DNA of 64,000 nucleotides from a virus: positions 15,501-79,500 of the IMG/VR virus record IMGVR_UViG_3300032282_005033; one strand, 5' to 3'. This document shows positions 1-11,242 of the stretch, in pieces (the stretch's first letter is position 1; each line of letters begins with the position of its first letter). The translations under genes and the position numbers were made by a program. Below the pieces are notes generated by a model. That model searched no databases, was not told the origin of the DNA, and saw only the letters and a list, made by a program, of their open reading frames with translations.

Positions 1-3000
1 GCATCCTGTGGCGCTGCTGCATAATATTGGTTAAACTTAGTTGGATTGTGTTTTTTCAAATCTAGCCAGTACATTGCCATTACTGATTTTGTTTGTGAAT
101 CTGTTATTGCATCAACCCAGTCAAGATTTTTTTGTGACTGATAAGTTTTTACTGCTGCTGATGTTGCAGCATCGTACACCCCAGTTAATTTAACTGCTAA
201 ATTAGCTTCTTTATTTAAAGTGTATTGAATATACAAAACATATTTATTTGTTACAAGTCCACTTCCAGCATTTGCAGCAGGTGTATTGACAGTAATTGTT
301 TGTGTTGTAATTATCGGAGCTGCTGCGGTATTTAACCTTGGCTCATATAATTCCCAAGTATCAAACATTTTTTTAAGAACATCAGCTATTGAATAAGTGC
401 GCGACGGCATTAGGTTTTGTGATGTATAGTAGTATTTGTCTTGAAAAGAACTAAAATCACTATTTATTGCATATGTTGAACCGTACCTAGAGACAAACCA
501 GTATATGTGAGAACCTCTGCCATTTGCAAACAAACCTTCTTCTGTGCCCCAAGCTGTTCCAGTAAATGAACTCTTTATAGCTGCTGATTCACTAACTGGT
601 GGTATAACAGATTCATCATAACCTCTGTTCGCAACGGTTCCACCGAGAACTCCTGTGACGGTTGTTGTTGTAGTAACAGTATTTGATCCAGATTGTCCAG
701 AAACAGTGCCGCTACCTGAACCATAAATCATATACTCATCGGATCTACCCGATGTAGGTATATCATTGGTGTATACAAAGTTATTTATTGGCTTACTTGT
801 ATCTTTTGGTTTCTTTGATAATAAATCAGTTGCAGAATAAATATTTGTTGGAAACAACTTGCCGTTATAAACGTAGGTACTTCCTGTAACAGCTTTTTCA
901 TTTTCATCTACCTCTCTGTAGATGTCAGAGTGTGTCCCATCCGGTGTAGCCTCAGTAGCTTTTTGAGTTATAACTTTTGCGTTCTTTATAACTGCGTCTA
1001 AGTCTGTTGTAAATGAAGTTGACCAGTTAACATCATATGTGTACTTATTTGCCTTAAGTTGCGTAACAAAAACTTGTGTTTTAAAAGCATAATCGTAATC
1101 TCTTACGAATTGGCTTCCTGGCAAATATTCTTTTGGTGTATTTATTATTGAGTTTGATTTTGCTTCATATGATTGATCCTGAGAATAGTCAAGTATTATA
1201 TAAGGATAATAAATTGATTTAATATCAAATTCTTTTGAGTATACTTTTGAATACGCATCTATTGTTAATTGACTAGAAGATAATTTATTCTTTGCAGCGG
1301 TGTTTAATTTATGTATACTATAGGAAGTTTTAACATCTGCAAAAATATAATTTGTATTATCAATTGTTGAGAAATTTAAAAAACCAACATTGTCATTTGA
1401 ACACTCAATATAAAATTCCACATTACTAAAATCAGAAGCTATTAATGTTTCAGAGTCAACTTGCATTGATGTAGCTTCAAAATCATCTAGTAAAAGTTTA
1501 CCTAAAGAAGAATTAATTTCTCTGCAGAAATTTGTATCAGTAGATTGAACCGTAACGTTGTCTGTTTTTTCAATTGTTTTTTCAGAAAACTTAAACAGTT
1601 GTTTTTCATCATCAAATAGAACATTAATTTTACCATTAGAATCTTTTTTGCCATTAATAGTCCAAGAATTTCTCCATGGTGATATGTTCCAAACAACAGC
1701 AGAATCTTGAGAAAATTTTAATTTACTATTAACTTTATTTTTATTACACTCGGATATTATATTCATAAACAGATAGTTTGCCCCAAGGGAAGCTTGGCTA
1801 TACCCTAATTGGATTTGGCTACCCACTTTACCGAGTGGAAAGTTATTTAACAAATCATTGTTTGGTACAGAAACTCCAGTGCCACTTGACCCATAATTAT
1901 CATTAACAAATGCTAAAATTGGGTTTAGAGAAAACACAGCAAATGGAGAAAACTCTGAGTTTAAATTATACTTATCTTTTATAACTGTTGTATACTTTAC
2001 CCCACCATCCAAGATCCAAGCAATCGATTTAGCTGTACCATCCGATGCTTCTGGGCTACTGGAAAATGCCCTAACTGGCCTAACTGCATTGCTGTTAAAT
2101 ACATCTATCCTAGTCCCAAAAACACCAAAATGTTTTATAGACGTGCTTTCTGTATAGTCCGCCATGTCCAAGCTATTGAAGACACTTTCTCCATTTACAT
2201 AATCATCTGCCAGTTGCAATAAACCTGTTGTTTTTAATGTAGAATTTAAATTAAAATTAAAAGAAGATAATCCAGAAGTATTTAAATTAGTTTGGTCAAG
2301 ATTTGAACAATCAACAAATACAGAAATACCATGATCCATCATCATGTCTATTGTTCTTTTTTGGTTAGCTGTTATTGCTTGGTTTGGCGTCCAAACAACA
2401 AAGTCTAAATCAAACCCATTTGACAGTGAGGCGTAGTTTGAAACATAATTGTCTATGTCTACACACCAATAATTTTTTTGTGTTTTGTTACTTCCTGTAG
2501 GAGCAAATGGATTATTAAATAAAAAGTTTTGCTGGTTAAAAGCGGCTTCTTCAAGGTTGGCAAACACATAGGCATTTTTTGCATTAGTTATGCTACCAGA
2601 ATAGAGTACTGCTACATTCAAAACAGCTCTTTCAGTATCTTCATACTTGTCAATTACTTTACTAAAATCATAATTAATTTTAGCTAATAACCTCCAGTTA
2701 AAATTTTGAAAAGTTCTTGGGTCTTGAATTGCTTTTTTAGGTGTTACAACTTTCCAACCTTCATCTTCGGTTTTTGATTTGAGCAACCTGTTTTCTTTAT
2801 GCGCAAAAAGTTGAGTTGAATAAACTCTTCTATTAAAAGAAGAGGGATCAATTACTTCAGTTTCTTCTACAGCGTATGAGTATGTCGGTATCGCATTAAT
2901 ATATTCCTTGTAATTAAGGAACTGATTGTAAGGTAGATTGTCAGAAGTTTTTTCATATTTATCGTAAACAAGATATAAACCAATTGGATCAGATGCATCT

Positions 3001-3629
3001 AGTGTAACAATTATTCTGCAAAATTCTGACTGCAGGGTCCTGCCTGGATATTCATATTTTTCTATATATACCTGATATTTATTATTTCCATATTCATCTG
3101 AATACTTGTTCCCAGAACCATCTACTACTCTAATATTATATTTATCTGGATCATTAATTTTTATCGAATTTTGTATTCCAGAATAGATTGAAGCAGTAGC
3201 TGGTATGATTGTAAAAAATCTACTTACATAATAACTATGAGCAAAAAGTGAACTTTCAAATTCGTCAATTCTTGAGGTATAATTTTTATCCGTTATAGAA
3301 TCAGTATTGTCCATAAGAAAATTACTTATGGATACTTCTGAGTTTTTAACTATTGGAGAATGTTTTACTTGATGTAGTTGTGCGTTGCTTTTTGCGTATC
3401 TAAGTACACCAAATTCATCTGCATACATCATGAAATCATCTTCTGTTGCCATATTATTTGCGGCATTTTCTGGCGTCAGACCAGAAAGGTCAACAACGTT
3501 TAAGTAATTTTTTGGTGTTATTTCTTCTGATGAAAACCAACCCAAATTTACTGCATCATCGGGGAGTGATGAACCAGTCCTAATTGCATTTTCAAAACCG
3601 TTATCAGTAATATTAGAAAATGGCTTCAC
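1..3629 (-). CDS. Large virion/baseplate-associated protein with a peptidoglycan-binding (PG_binding_1-like) domain; runs off the left edge (partial)
   Basis: GTG at 3629 lies 2 nt after the upstream stop (MKPFSNITDNGFENAIRTG...). The frame at the left edge is in phase with this start, and the ORF is absent from the track, consistent with no stop inside the window. At ~70-245 it reads YVLYIQYTLNKEANLAVKLTGVYDAATSAAVKTYQSQKNLDWVDAITDSQTKSVM, matching the three-helix PG-binding pattern. Confidence 0.75.
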   Translation of the reverse strand, partial: MKPFSNITDNGFENAIRTGSSLPDDAVNLGWFSSEEITPKNYLNVVDLSGLTPENAANNMATEDDFMMYADEFGVLRYAKSNAQLHQVKHSPIVKNSEVSISNFLMDNTDSITDKNYTSRIDEFESSLFAHSYYVSRFFTIIPATASIYSGIQNSIKINDPDKYNIRVVDGSGNKYSDEYGNNKYQVYIEKYEYPGRTLQSEFCRIIVTLDASDPIGLYLVYDKYEKTSDNLPYNQFLNYKEYINAIPTYSYAVEETEVIDPSSFNRRVYSTQLFAHKENRLLKSKTEDEGWKVVTPKKAIQDPRTFQNFNWRLLAKINYDFSKVIDKYEDTERAVLNVAVLYSGSITNAKNAYVFANLEEAAFNQQNFLFNNPFAPTGSNKTQKNYWCVDIDNYVSNYASLSNGFDLDFVVWTPNQAITANQKRTIDMMMDHGISVFVDCSNLDQTNLNTSGLSSFNFNLNSTLKTTGLLQLADDYVNGESVFNSLDMADYTESTSIKHFGVFGTRIDVFNSNAVRPVRAFSSSPEASDGTAKSIAWILDGGVKYTTVIKDKYNLNSEFSPFAVFSLNPILAFVNDNYGSSGTGVSVPNNDLLNNFPLGKVGSQIQLGYSQASLGANYLFMNIISECNKNKVNSKLKFSQDSAVVWNISPWRNSWTINGKKDSNGKINVLFDDEKQLFKFSEKTIEKTDNVTVQSTDTNFCREINSSLGKLLLDDFEATSMQVDSETLIASDFSNVEFYIECSNDNVGFLNFSTIDNTNYIFADVKTSYSIHKLNTAAKNKLSSSQLTIDAYSKVYSKEFDIKSIYYPYIILDYSQDQSYEAKSNSIINTPKEYLPGSQFVRDYDYAFKTQVFVTQLKANKYTYDVNWSTSFTTDLDAVIKNAKVITQKATEATPDGTHSDIYREVDENEKAVTGSTYVYNGKLFPTNIYSATDLLSKKPKDTSKPINNFVYTNDIPTSGRSDEYMIYGSGSGTVSGQSGSNTVTTTTTVTGVLGGTVANRGYDESVIPPVSESAAIKSSFTGTAWGTEEGLFANGRGSHIYWFVSRYGSTYAINSDFSSFQDKYYYTSQNLMPSRTYSIADVLKKMFDTWELYEPRLNTAAAPIITTQTITVNTPAANAGSGLVTNKYVLYIQYTLNKEANLAVKLTGVYDAATSAAVKTYQSQKNLDWVDAITDSQTKSVMAMYWLDLKKHNPTKFNQYYAAAPQD

Positions 3630-3631
3630 TA

Positions 3632-6600
3632 TTATTCCTCTTCATAGTCTGGGTGGAGATTCTTATAGCTCTCAACAACATATGGCGTAGCCCCTAAAAG
3701 ACCCATTTGATATTGTTCATATCTAGATACAGGATACCATTTTGGTAAGTTCCAAGAATTTTTAAAACTATTTTCATAAAACACTTTATCTGTATTAGGG
3801 TTCTTTTTAAATACTGGGTTTTCTAAATAATGATAATAATTCGTTGTACTACCTTCAACAGAAGTTAAAGTAGGTTCGGCCGAATTTGACTGGTTAACAT
3901 CATATCTCTCATACCAGTAAACTATATCTCCTGCTATAGTAACAGGATTGGCGTTAGGAGTACTAGCAAATTCGCTATCTACTACAACAAACCAATAGCC
4001 CGGAGTTGCGTCGTTTTGAGCCCTATAGTGGCCTATGGAAAAATCACCATTTGAATTTGCCGTAGTCATTCCAGCCAATTGAGATTGATTTGGTTCTGAG
4101 GTTGATGTAGAATAAGATCTATTTAAAGTTTCATAAAGATTTCTACCCCTTCTCCAATAAACCTTTGCATTTGGAGTGGCGTGTCCGATAATGTCTACTG
4201 TTTCTACCCCATCAGCATTTATGACTTTTTTTGTCACTTCTGAGGTAACTTTTTTAGGGACGTTTAATTGCGGTTTTACATAGTAATTTACTGTTGCAGA
4301 TGAAACCACGTTACCTTGCCAAGCGTCTAATGCATTTATGTATACATATTGTGTGGTGGGTGTGGCAACATTTGATCCAGTATATTTGATATATGCTCTT
4401 GCATAACCGTCTTCACCTGTTTGGACTGAGCTTGGAGTTGCGGATCCATTGGGTGTTATTATGTCTACATAATAAGCTTGTTTTGGATTTTTATTGATAT
4501 CTTTAGTCCAAATATTTAAAGCCATAAAATCTTTTGAATTAGCTATTATTTGATTTGGCGAAAGTTTTCCTTCGACTTTATCAAAATCATATTCATTATG
4601 CGATAAGTAAATATACCCTTCATCAACTGAAGTAATTAAAGGATTTAAAGGTAACACAAAATCTTCAAAATCACTGTCAAATACTGAAGACTCGTATGTG
4701 ACATCTATGTAGGGAGTACTACTTTCTGTATGTAATATATTAATTTTTGTTCTATAAGAATTATCAAATTCATTATAATATTGGTTATCAACAGTAAATG
4801 TTTTTTTAACTTTGTAAGTAATTTTATATTCTTTATTTTTTTCTATTAATCCTGTTGAATTTAATACTGAAGAATTAATTATATTATTTTCTGTACTTAA
4901 ACCAGTGGCTACAATTTCTCCAGTATATTGATCATATATTGTAATATCATAAACATCTTTATATGCTAATGCAATATAGTCATCAAATCTTGCGATAATG
5001 TATTCATAGTTATATTCAGACAGCGTGGTTGGTGTGGCTTCATCAAAAAAAGAAACTTGAGTATATTCTTCATCATCTACAGTCACAATTATTGGTGCGC
5101 CCTGTCTTGCAACCTGTGGTAATAAAAATTCAGTGTTGCTATATTCTGAATAAAATTTGGGTTTTGCGTAAATATATCTATCTTCACCATTTTGGTAATA
5201 CCAACCAGTTTTTATACTTGGATTAATTGAATAATTTTCCCTAAATAAATACTGAGCATAGAAAGGAACATTTTTTATATGGTACTTACCAGTAGTCGGA
5301 TTAAGATAATTCAAAAGTCCTTCTGGAGTTGCGCCTCCCACTTCCAACATTCTCTGCCACATTGATTGATCAACAAAAGATGAATCATAAACACTTGCCC
5401 CAAAATCTTTAGCGGTTTGCAACATAGAGGTATGCCATAGGCCATATATAGCTACATTATCATTTTCATTTAAAATTTCAATATCAGAAATCCATAAATT
5501 AGGAGACGATCCATAATCACCTAAACCAAAATCAGATCTTTGAAAATCAAAATATCCAATTAAATCAGGTTTTTTGTTATTCATTAACTGATAACTTGAA
5601 GTTGCACCATCGATTAAAACACCTTCATCAGATATATAAAAGTCTATTTGATTTTCATAATCAGCCGTAAACTTTTCCCAAGACATATAATCAAATGGAT
5701 ATAGTGAAGAGTCATTTGACGAAATGACCAGTTGATTAGGAGTTGATTTATATGGAAATTTAATATTTGTAAAATAGTAATTTACAGTTGATCCAACAGT
5801 ATTAATATAGCTTTCATGTTGATTAGGAGTAGCAAAATTTGGTGTGATAAAACTAAATAATATATTTGGCGTTGCAGGTATTAGGTAGGTTAGTCCATTA
5901 TCTCTATTTTTTGAAATTCCACCATAACCTTGATACGGTGGTGTAGACAAGTCTATGTCATATGAATCTTCAACAACATTTGATATGTGGACATATATAG
6001 GAGTTGCCCCATATGGGATCGTGAAATTTTTAACCACATCTTGTGGAGTAAACGTTATGTTTGTTTTTTGGGTAATATCATTTGAGTTATTTAGAGTGTT
6101 ACCAAAACGATGTGATCTTATTTTTGGAGTATTGACAATACGTTTTTTTGTTGGGTTATAAATTTGTGAACCAATTTTTAATTTTATCGCGTACGGCGAA
6201 TCATTTATTTGTGATGCAGTCTTTATAATTTTTTTAGAAGTATCTTTAGCATACGTGTTAGGGGTAGCATCTAGGAATCCTATCGTGGCGTAGTTCCCTG
6301 TTGCACCTGATGGTCCAGTAGCACTAACAAAGCTTATTGTTGCAGCATCGACGGCATAAAGTGGTATCTCAGACAGTCTATAGGACTCTGTGGCGGAGGC
6401 CGTAAATGTATTAGTATATGGATCTCCTGAACTGTTATAAAATACAGATTCTCCACTGGTGAAGTTAGAAGATGTGAATATATTTTTTACCAAAAATTCT
6501 GGCGAAGAACTTTGTCCGTATATGTTTTTTACATAATCAATATATCTTGCTTTATAAACCGCGTCGTTTGGTATGTCCCCGTGTAAATTCAGTAGTAGTT

Positions 6601-8372
6601 CAACATCATATGTGACAGTTGCTGTATCATTTTCTATATAATCTTCATAGTAGGAAATATAACTATCGTATACGATGTTTATCGGTTCATAAGCTGGTTC
6701 TGTATTTTCAAATTTCAAACCGCTAACTCTAAGACCAAATGAGTACTTATTTATTTCTTTATCAATTTTTTCTAATTTAATTCTAGCGTCTTCAAAATCT
6801 CCAACTCCAGGTTGATACACTTCAGAATAAAAACTTGTCGTTGCTGCATCTAGTATCGTTGGCAGAGACGATACGCCCTCCTGTTTTGCTCCAGCGTAAT
6901 CCCAGTAAGATTCTCCCCACTTAATATAACCATAATTAGATGGATATTGAGTATTAAGATACTGTACAAAATTTATAAAATTATCTGTAGGAATTCCTTC
7001 TTTAGTAAAATATTTGGCTATAGATTCTAAGTCTGAAATTTCTAATACCTCTGGTGTGGCTCCTAGGTAGTCAGAGTTTGGCGTAGCACCAAAAGCCCTC
7101 CATATATCCAACTCTCTTCTTAAAGTTAATTTAAAGTTATTAGAGTTAATGGCCGGTGGATTTTGGTTAACATCAAGTATTCTTTTTGCGAAATTAGAAT
7201 TAGACTCTAGATATAATCTTTGTAAACCAACCCTAAGGCCAAATTCATCAAAGCTGTTAAACATCTGAGTAGTTACTGGATTAACTAAAGTATTATCTAT
7301 ATATAAGTTTTTAAATTCTTTAATTGTTATTAATTCTCCAGAAATGAAATTATAATAAAAAACATAATCAGTTGTTCTATGATCTAAAAGATCTTTTATT
7401 GTAGAAACCCTTGCCAGTTCTGCGTTGTCACCAGTAACTTTAACAAATCCAGGTCTTACTGGTGTATATGTATAGGCCCAAGCTATTTCTGTTTGATCTG
7501 CTGAATTTATAAAAGAATCTAATTCAATCCTACTTATCAATTCATCTACTCTATCCAGGTCGTCATTTATTAATGAATTAATTAATTTACCAGCTGTAGT
7601 TTCTGGGGTAGCCAATGATGGCGTTGCTCTTTCTAGAGAGTCAGAATAAATCTTGGTCCATGATGGAAAATTAGAAAGAATATTTCTAGTATGGTCTGAT
7701 ATTACTGGAGAAATAATATCTTCTATTTGTATTTGAACTAATAGCAGGAAGTTTGCATCGTCCAATGATGACGTTGAGTTGAATATAACTTCAAATTTTG
7801 AATATCTTTTTACATCTCTTAAAAAGAGTAAAGTAGTTTTATCGTTAATATATGCTATCTGTTGCCACTCGGATACTTGTGCATCATCTTGCGATGATGC
7901 GTAGATCTTTATTTCGCAACTAGGAACTTCTGTACCAGGTAAGTTTGTTAGGGCATTTTTATATCCAATAATATCTATTCTAGAACTGGTATCAACGAAT
8001 CTATATGGTTGAACCGTACCATAATCTTGCCCTAAGATCCAATATGGAGAAGATTCAGTAAAATTAAAAATATAATTTCCATCTTGATCCTGAGCGTTTT
8101 CAAAAACTGAATATGTTCCGTACGTTCTGGTCTAGAAAAAATTCACCATAATTTGTTACTGTTGCATAGGGGCCTATTGTTGGAGTGGCGTTAGGTAAAA
8201 TTTCCGTTCCAACAAATGTATAATCACCAAGTGGGTTGATTCCAGTTGCTGATCTTATAGTTGAGTAATTTGAATAAAATCTATTTGAATAAAGATCTAT
8301 AACATTGGACGTCCACGTATTACCTGATATGTTAAAATCAGTTTTATTTAACGCAAGGAAGTATGTTTTCAT
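3632..8372 (-). CDS. Large baseplate/wedge protein, ~1579 aa when joined by a +1 frame change at CGG-A (8120); has a Big_1-like Ig domain and 16 ATP tripeptides
   Basis: ORF 8100..8372 and ORF 3632..7765 join if the C at 8120 is skipped (DQNV-GTYSVFENAQDQDG...). The +1 frame is open from 8119 to the stop at 3632. FDEFGLRVGLQRLYLESNSNFAKRI resembles baseplate wedge motifs, and IIANSKDF...TKDINKNP...QTGEDGYARAYI resembles Big_1. Confidence 0.7.
8117..8120 (-). other. +1 frame-change site 1 (GUA CGG A)
   Basis: In-frame CGG at codon 85. The 0 frame stops 6 codons later and the +1 frame has TAG ~5 codons upstream, so the site is tightly bracketed. Confidence 0.85.
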
Positions 8373-8390
8373 TTACCCTTATTCCTAGAT

Positions 8391-9662
8391 TTATACTGCA
8401 TCAAGCCATATTGAGTACTCTGAGGTCACACCGTGTTCTGGGTGCACAAACATTAAGTGCTGACATGGTCTACTCATAGAGTGAAAATACTCCTGTGCAT
8501 ATGTGTTGTAGCTTTCTGGAGAACCAGATATTCTCAAGGTGGAACTTCCTAGTGTCATCTTTGCCTGTTGATGGTAGTGGCCCATAAATACATCTTGGAA
8601 TTCTTCTGGGATTGCCCCATCTTTCCAACCCATTACTTTTCTATAGTAACTAGTAATTGAGTTTGGTGATGGCATTTGGTCTCCGTGGATCAAAAGAGTT
8701 GAATAATCACCAATTTTATCTACTGCATACCAGTGTCTTTCGCCTCTTCCATCTGGAATATTAAAATTAATTCTTTCATTCTTGGAAAATATAAGACTAG
8801 TTATCTTATATAGTAATCTATCCATATTCGATTCTGGGTCATACATTTTGCGGTTTCTTCCACCAACTGATCCATGGTTCCCAATAACTGCAGTTACATT
8901 AACTTGCTTAAAGTTTTCTAGTGCTGTTCCAAAGAACTTACCCAGTATCTCAGGACCATTAACACCAACCTGCCTATAAATACCTGAATCAATCAAATGA
9001 CTTTGTCCTGGAAAAATCTCTTCACCCTCAACAATATCACCCAACATCCAAACATGCAGGTTATCAATTGGATGGTCTGCTCTTTGGATTTCAACTATCT
9101 CTAACATTTTTTCTGTATAGAGTTCTATTCTTTTTGCAGCTATTTCAGAATTATAATCTGGGGTAACTTTTCCTAACTGCCAATCGGCAAAGACGACAAC
9201 AGCAGTTTCTGGTGTGCCCTTACCACCCTTACGAGGCTCTCTTCTTTGTATTTCTGGAAGCTTAAAATTAGCAAAAGCATCGTAGGCTGCTCTATAAATC
9301 GTTTCTGATGCTTGTTCACTTATATTTTTATACTTGTCTGCAGAACGAGCTAATCTTTTATTTTCTGATCTCAGAAAATCTATTGTTGAAGATGGTACTG
9401 TGCTCGTTAATGGCGCAGGAAAATCTTCATCATTTTCATTAAACGACATCTCATCAACTGTATCGTAGAATGAATCTTGACCCGTTGCAAAATAACGTGA
9501 TGCTTGCTCTTCGTCAACTTCTTTTGCAAAAACATTGTCTGCCAATATATCACCAGGGAGGTCGTCTTCTCCCTCCACCAAGCCTCTCGCGTGCTTCATA
9601 TTTTTGGCTTTTATTATATGAGTTTTAGTGACAAGAAATAGCTTGTCTGACATAAGTACCAC
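8391..9662 (-). CDS. Calcineurin-like metallophosphoesterase with an N-terminal acidic/coiled-coil extension
   Basis: Motifs FADWQLGK, LGDIVEGE, IGNHG, IHGD and MGHYH occur in canonical order. The start could be GTG 9662 or ATG 9653. Confidence 0.85.
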   Translation of the reverse strand: MVLMSDKLFLVTKTHIIKAKNMKHARGLVEGEDDLPGDILADNVFAKEVDEEQASRYFATGQDSFYDTVDEMSFNENDEDFPAPLTSTVPSSTIDFLRSENKRLARSADKYKNISEQASETIYRAAYDAFANFKLPEIQRREPRKGGKGTPETAVVVFADWQLGKVTPDYNSEIAAKRIELYTEKMLEIVEIQRADHPIDNLHVWMLGDIVEGEEIFPGQSHLIDSGIYRQVGVNGPEILGKFFGTALENFKQVNVTAVIGNHGSVGGRNRKMYDPESNMDRLLYKITSLIFSKNERINFNIPDGRGERHWYAVDKIGDYSTLLIHGDQMPSPNSITSYYRKVMGWKDGAIPEEFQDVFMGHYHQQAKMTLGSSTLRISGSPESYNTYAQEYFHSMSRPCQHLMFVHPEHGVTSEYSIWLDAV

Positions 9663-9672
9663 TCTTTCAGTT

Positions 9673-10842
9673 CTAATAACCTTGTGAAGACATTATAACA
9701 GAAAATAGCGATACTGTCCCAGCGATCATATATTCTCTATCAGTTGGTAATCTGAATAAACCTTTTGGCAATTCTTGGCCCTTTGAGGTAACGCTTAGTA
9801 TATTCACTGATTTTATTAATTCAGAAGAAGCTCTGATTTGGGCTTCTAGTGCAGCAAAATCTAATGATCCGCCTATTGTAAATGAATTTAAATATCTTTT
9901 CACAAAGAGATTTGCCTGGCTTTCAAGTGCATTGATTGTACTTTGCCCTAATCCTTGCGGCAAAACGATGCTTGCTACAACCCCAATAGGTACCCTGTCT
10001 GCCAGTCTTATGTTCAACTTAATACCAACAGGTTTTCTTGCTGAAAGGGTTGAGAGTATATTTTGAACAAAAGATGGATCAACTCTTTGTGATTCTGGGA
10101 CAACAATCACATCGCATGAACCAAGGCCGTAAGAAGATTCTCTTATCCTAACATCTCTTACTCCAGGAATAGAAAGTGCGTTTAACCTCATTGCTTCAGT
10201 TGTCCCATATGATCTTTCTTTTATTGAAAGACTTATTCTTCTTCTGTAATTGTCGTCACTTTCCATACCAGAAACAGAATAAACTTCTTTTGGATTTGAA
10301 CAATAGATTATTGTTCCATCCGCAGAAACAAAATTGTGTTTAGTTAATGATCCTTTAGCTGCAGTAAAATCAGCTGTATTAAAATTAGCTGAAACTCTAC
10401 CATAAGCCCTTGTTGTGCTAGCTAAAATTATAACGTTTGAATTTAAAATATATTGATACTGTCTTTCAGCAAATTCGGTAACATCATTATAGATATATGT
10501 TCCAGCTGGAATAACGATATCAGAAGCTGCTGGTGTAGCTATATAAAATTCAATATTAAAGCTGTCAGTTTCTTGTTGGACATCTGGAGAAACTGTTTTC
10601 CTAGATACACCATACAGGGCTCCAATCATGTCCAGTGATCTTCCAGATGCCGTGGCAATAGAGCTTTGATCAACTGCAAACTTTAACGCTTGATAAAGAT
10701 CTCCTACTTCTACTGCAACTGATTCAGCAAATGCCCTAACAATTGAGCCAGGATATGTTGCAGTAATGTTTGCATTCTTTTCTAAAGAAAGCAACATCCT
10801 TCCTAAAATCTCAGTGCTTGTTTTACTGTTTACTACTGGCAT
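9673..10842 (-). CDS. Baseplate J-like wedge protein
   Basis: Motifs ASGRSLDMIGALYGVSRK, IVIPAGT, GMESDDNYRRRI, YGTTEAM...ALSIPGV and KPVGI; position next to a gp25-like gene. Confidence 0.9.
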   Translation of the reverse strand: MPVVNSKTSTEILGRMLLSLEKNANITATYPGSIVRAFAESVAVEVGDLYQALKFAVDQSSIATASGRSLDMIGALYGVSRKTVSPDVQQETDSFNIEFYIATPAASDIVIPAGTYIYNDVTEFAERQYQYILNSNVIILASTTRAYGRVSANFNTADFTAAKGSLTKHNFVSADGTIIYCSNPKEVYSVSGMESDDNYRRRISLSIKERSYGTTEAMRLNALSIPGVRDVRIRESSYGLGSCDVIVVPESQRVDPSFVQNILSTLSARKPVGIKLNIRLADRVPIGVVASIVLPQGLGQSTINALESQANLFVKRYLNSFTIGGSLDFAALEAQIRASSELIKSVNILSVTSKGQELPKGLFRLPTDREYMIAGTVSLFSVIMSSQGY

Positions 10843-10855
10843 AAGGTTCCTATCT

Positions 10856-11242
10856 TTAAATATTCTGTGTTACCGATAGTGTAATCGGTTCAAATCCATT
10901 ATCTTCAATATGTACATCAAATCTTATTGAATTAGCAGAAGTTGGTATTGCATCAATTGATATCCTTCTTCCCCTAAAAACTCCACCCTTTGTTTCATTT
11001 TCTAAAGCATCTCTTATTATTCTTTTTCCCAATTCACCAGTTGACTTACTCTGCGGCATTCCTTTTAAAAGGGATAGATCGCAACCAAGCGTTGGGTATA
11101 TTGTAAAGTCATTTGGCTCAGTCATAAGACGAAGGTATATTTGTTGAGTATCTTTTTGTGCCAAACTTTGAGTCATGGCTATATCTTTATTTGGTGATAT
11201 CCTTATATCCCCACTAAGATCAAAATAAAAATCGCTCATCAT
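10856..11242 (-). CDS. gp25/W-like baseplate wedge (sheath initiator) protein
   Basis: 128 aa with QQIYLRLMTEPNDFTIYPTLGCDL (RL.T..g....P..G pattern), directly upstream of J. Confidence 0.8.
   Translation of the reverse strand: MMSDFYFDLSGDIRISPNKDIAMTQSLAQKDTQQIYLRLMTEPNDFTIYPTLGCDLSLLKGMPQSKSTGELGKRIIRDALENETKGGVFRGRRISIDAIPTSANSIRFDVHIEDNGFEPITLSVTQNI

Noticed and set aside
1502-1696. 64-aa minus-strand track ORF
   Set aside because: It is an alternative frame inside the long 1..3629 gene.
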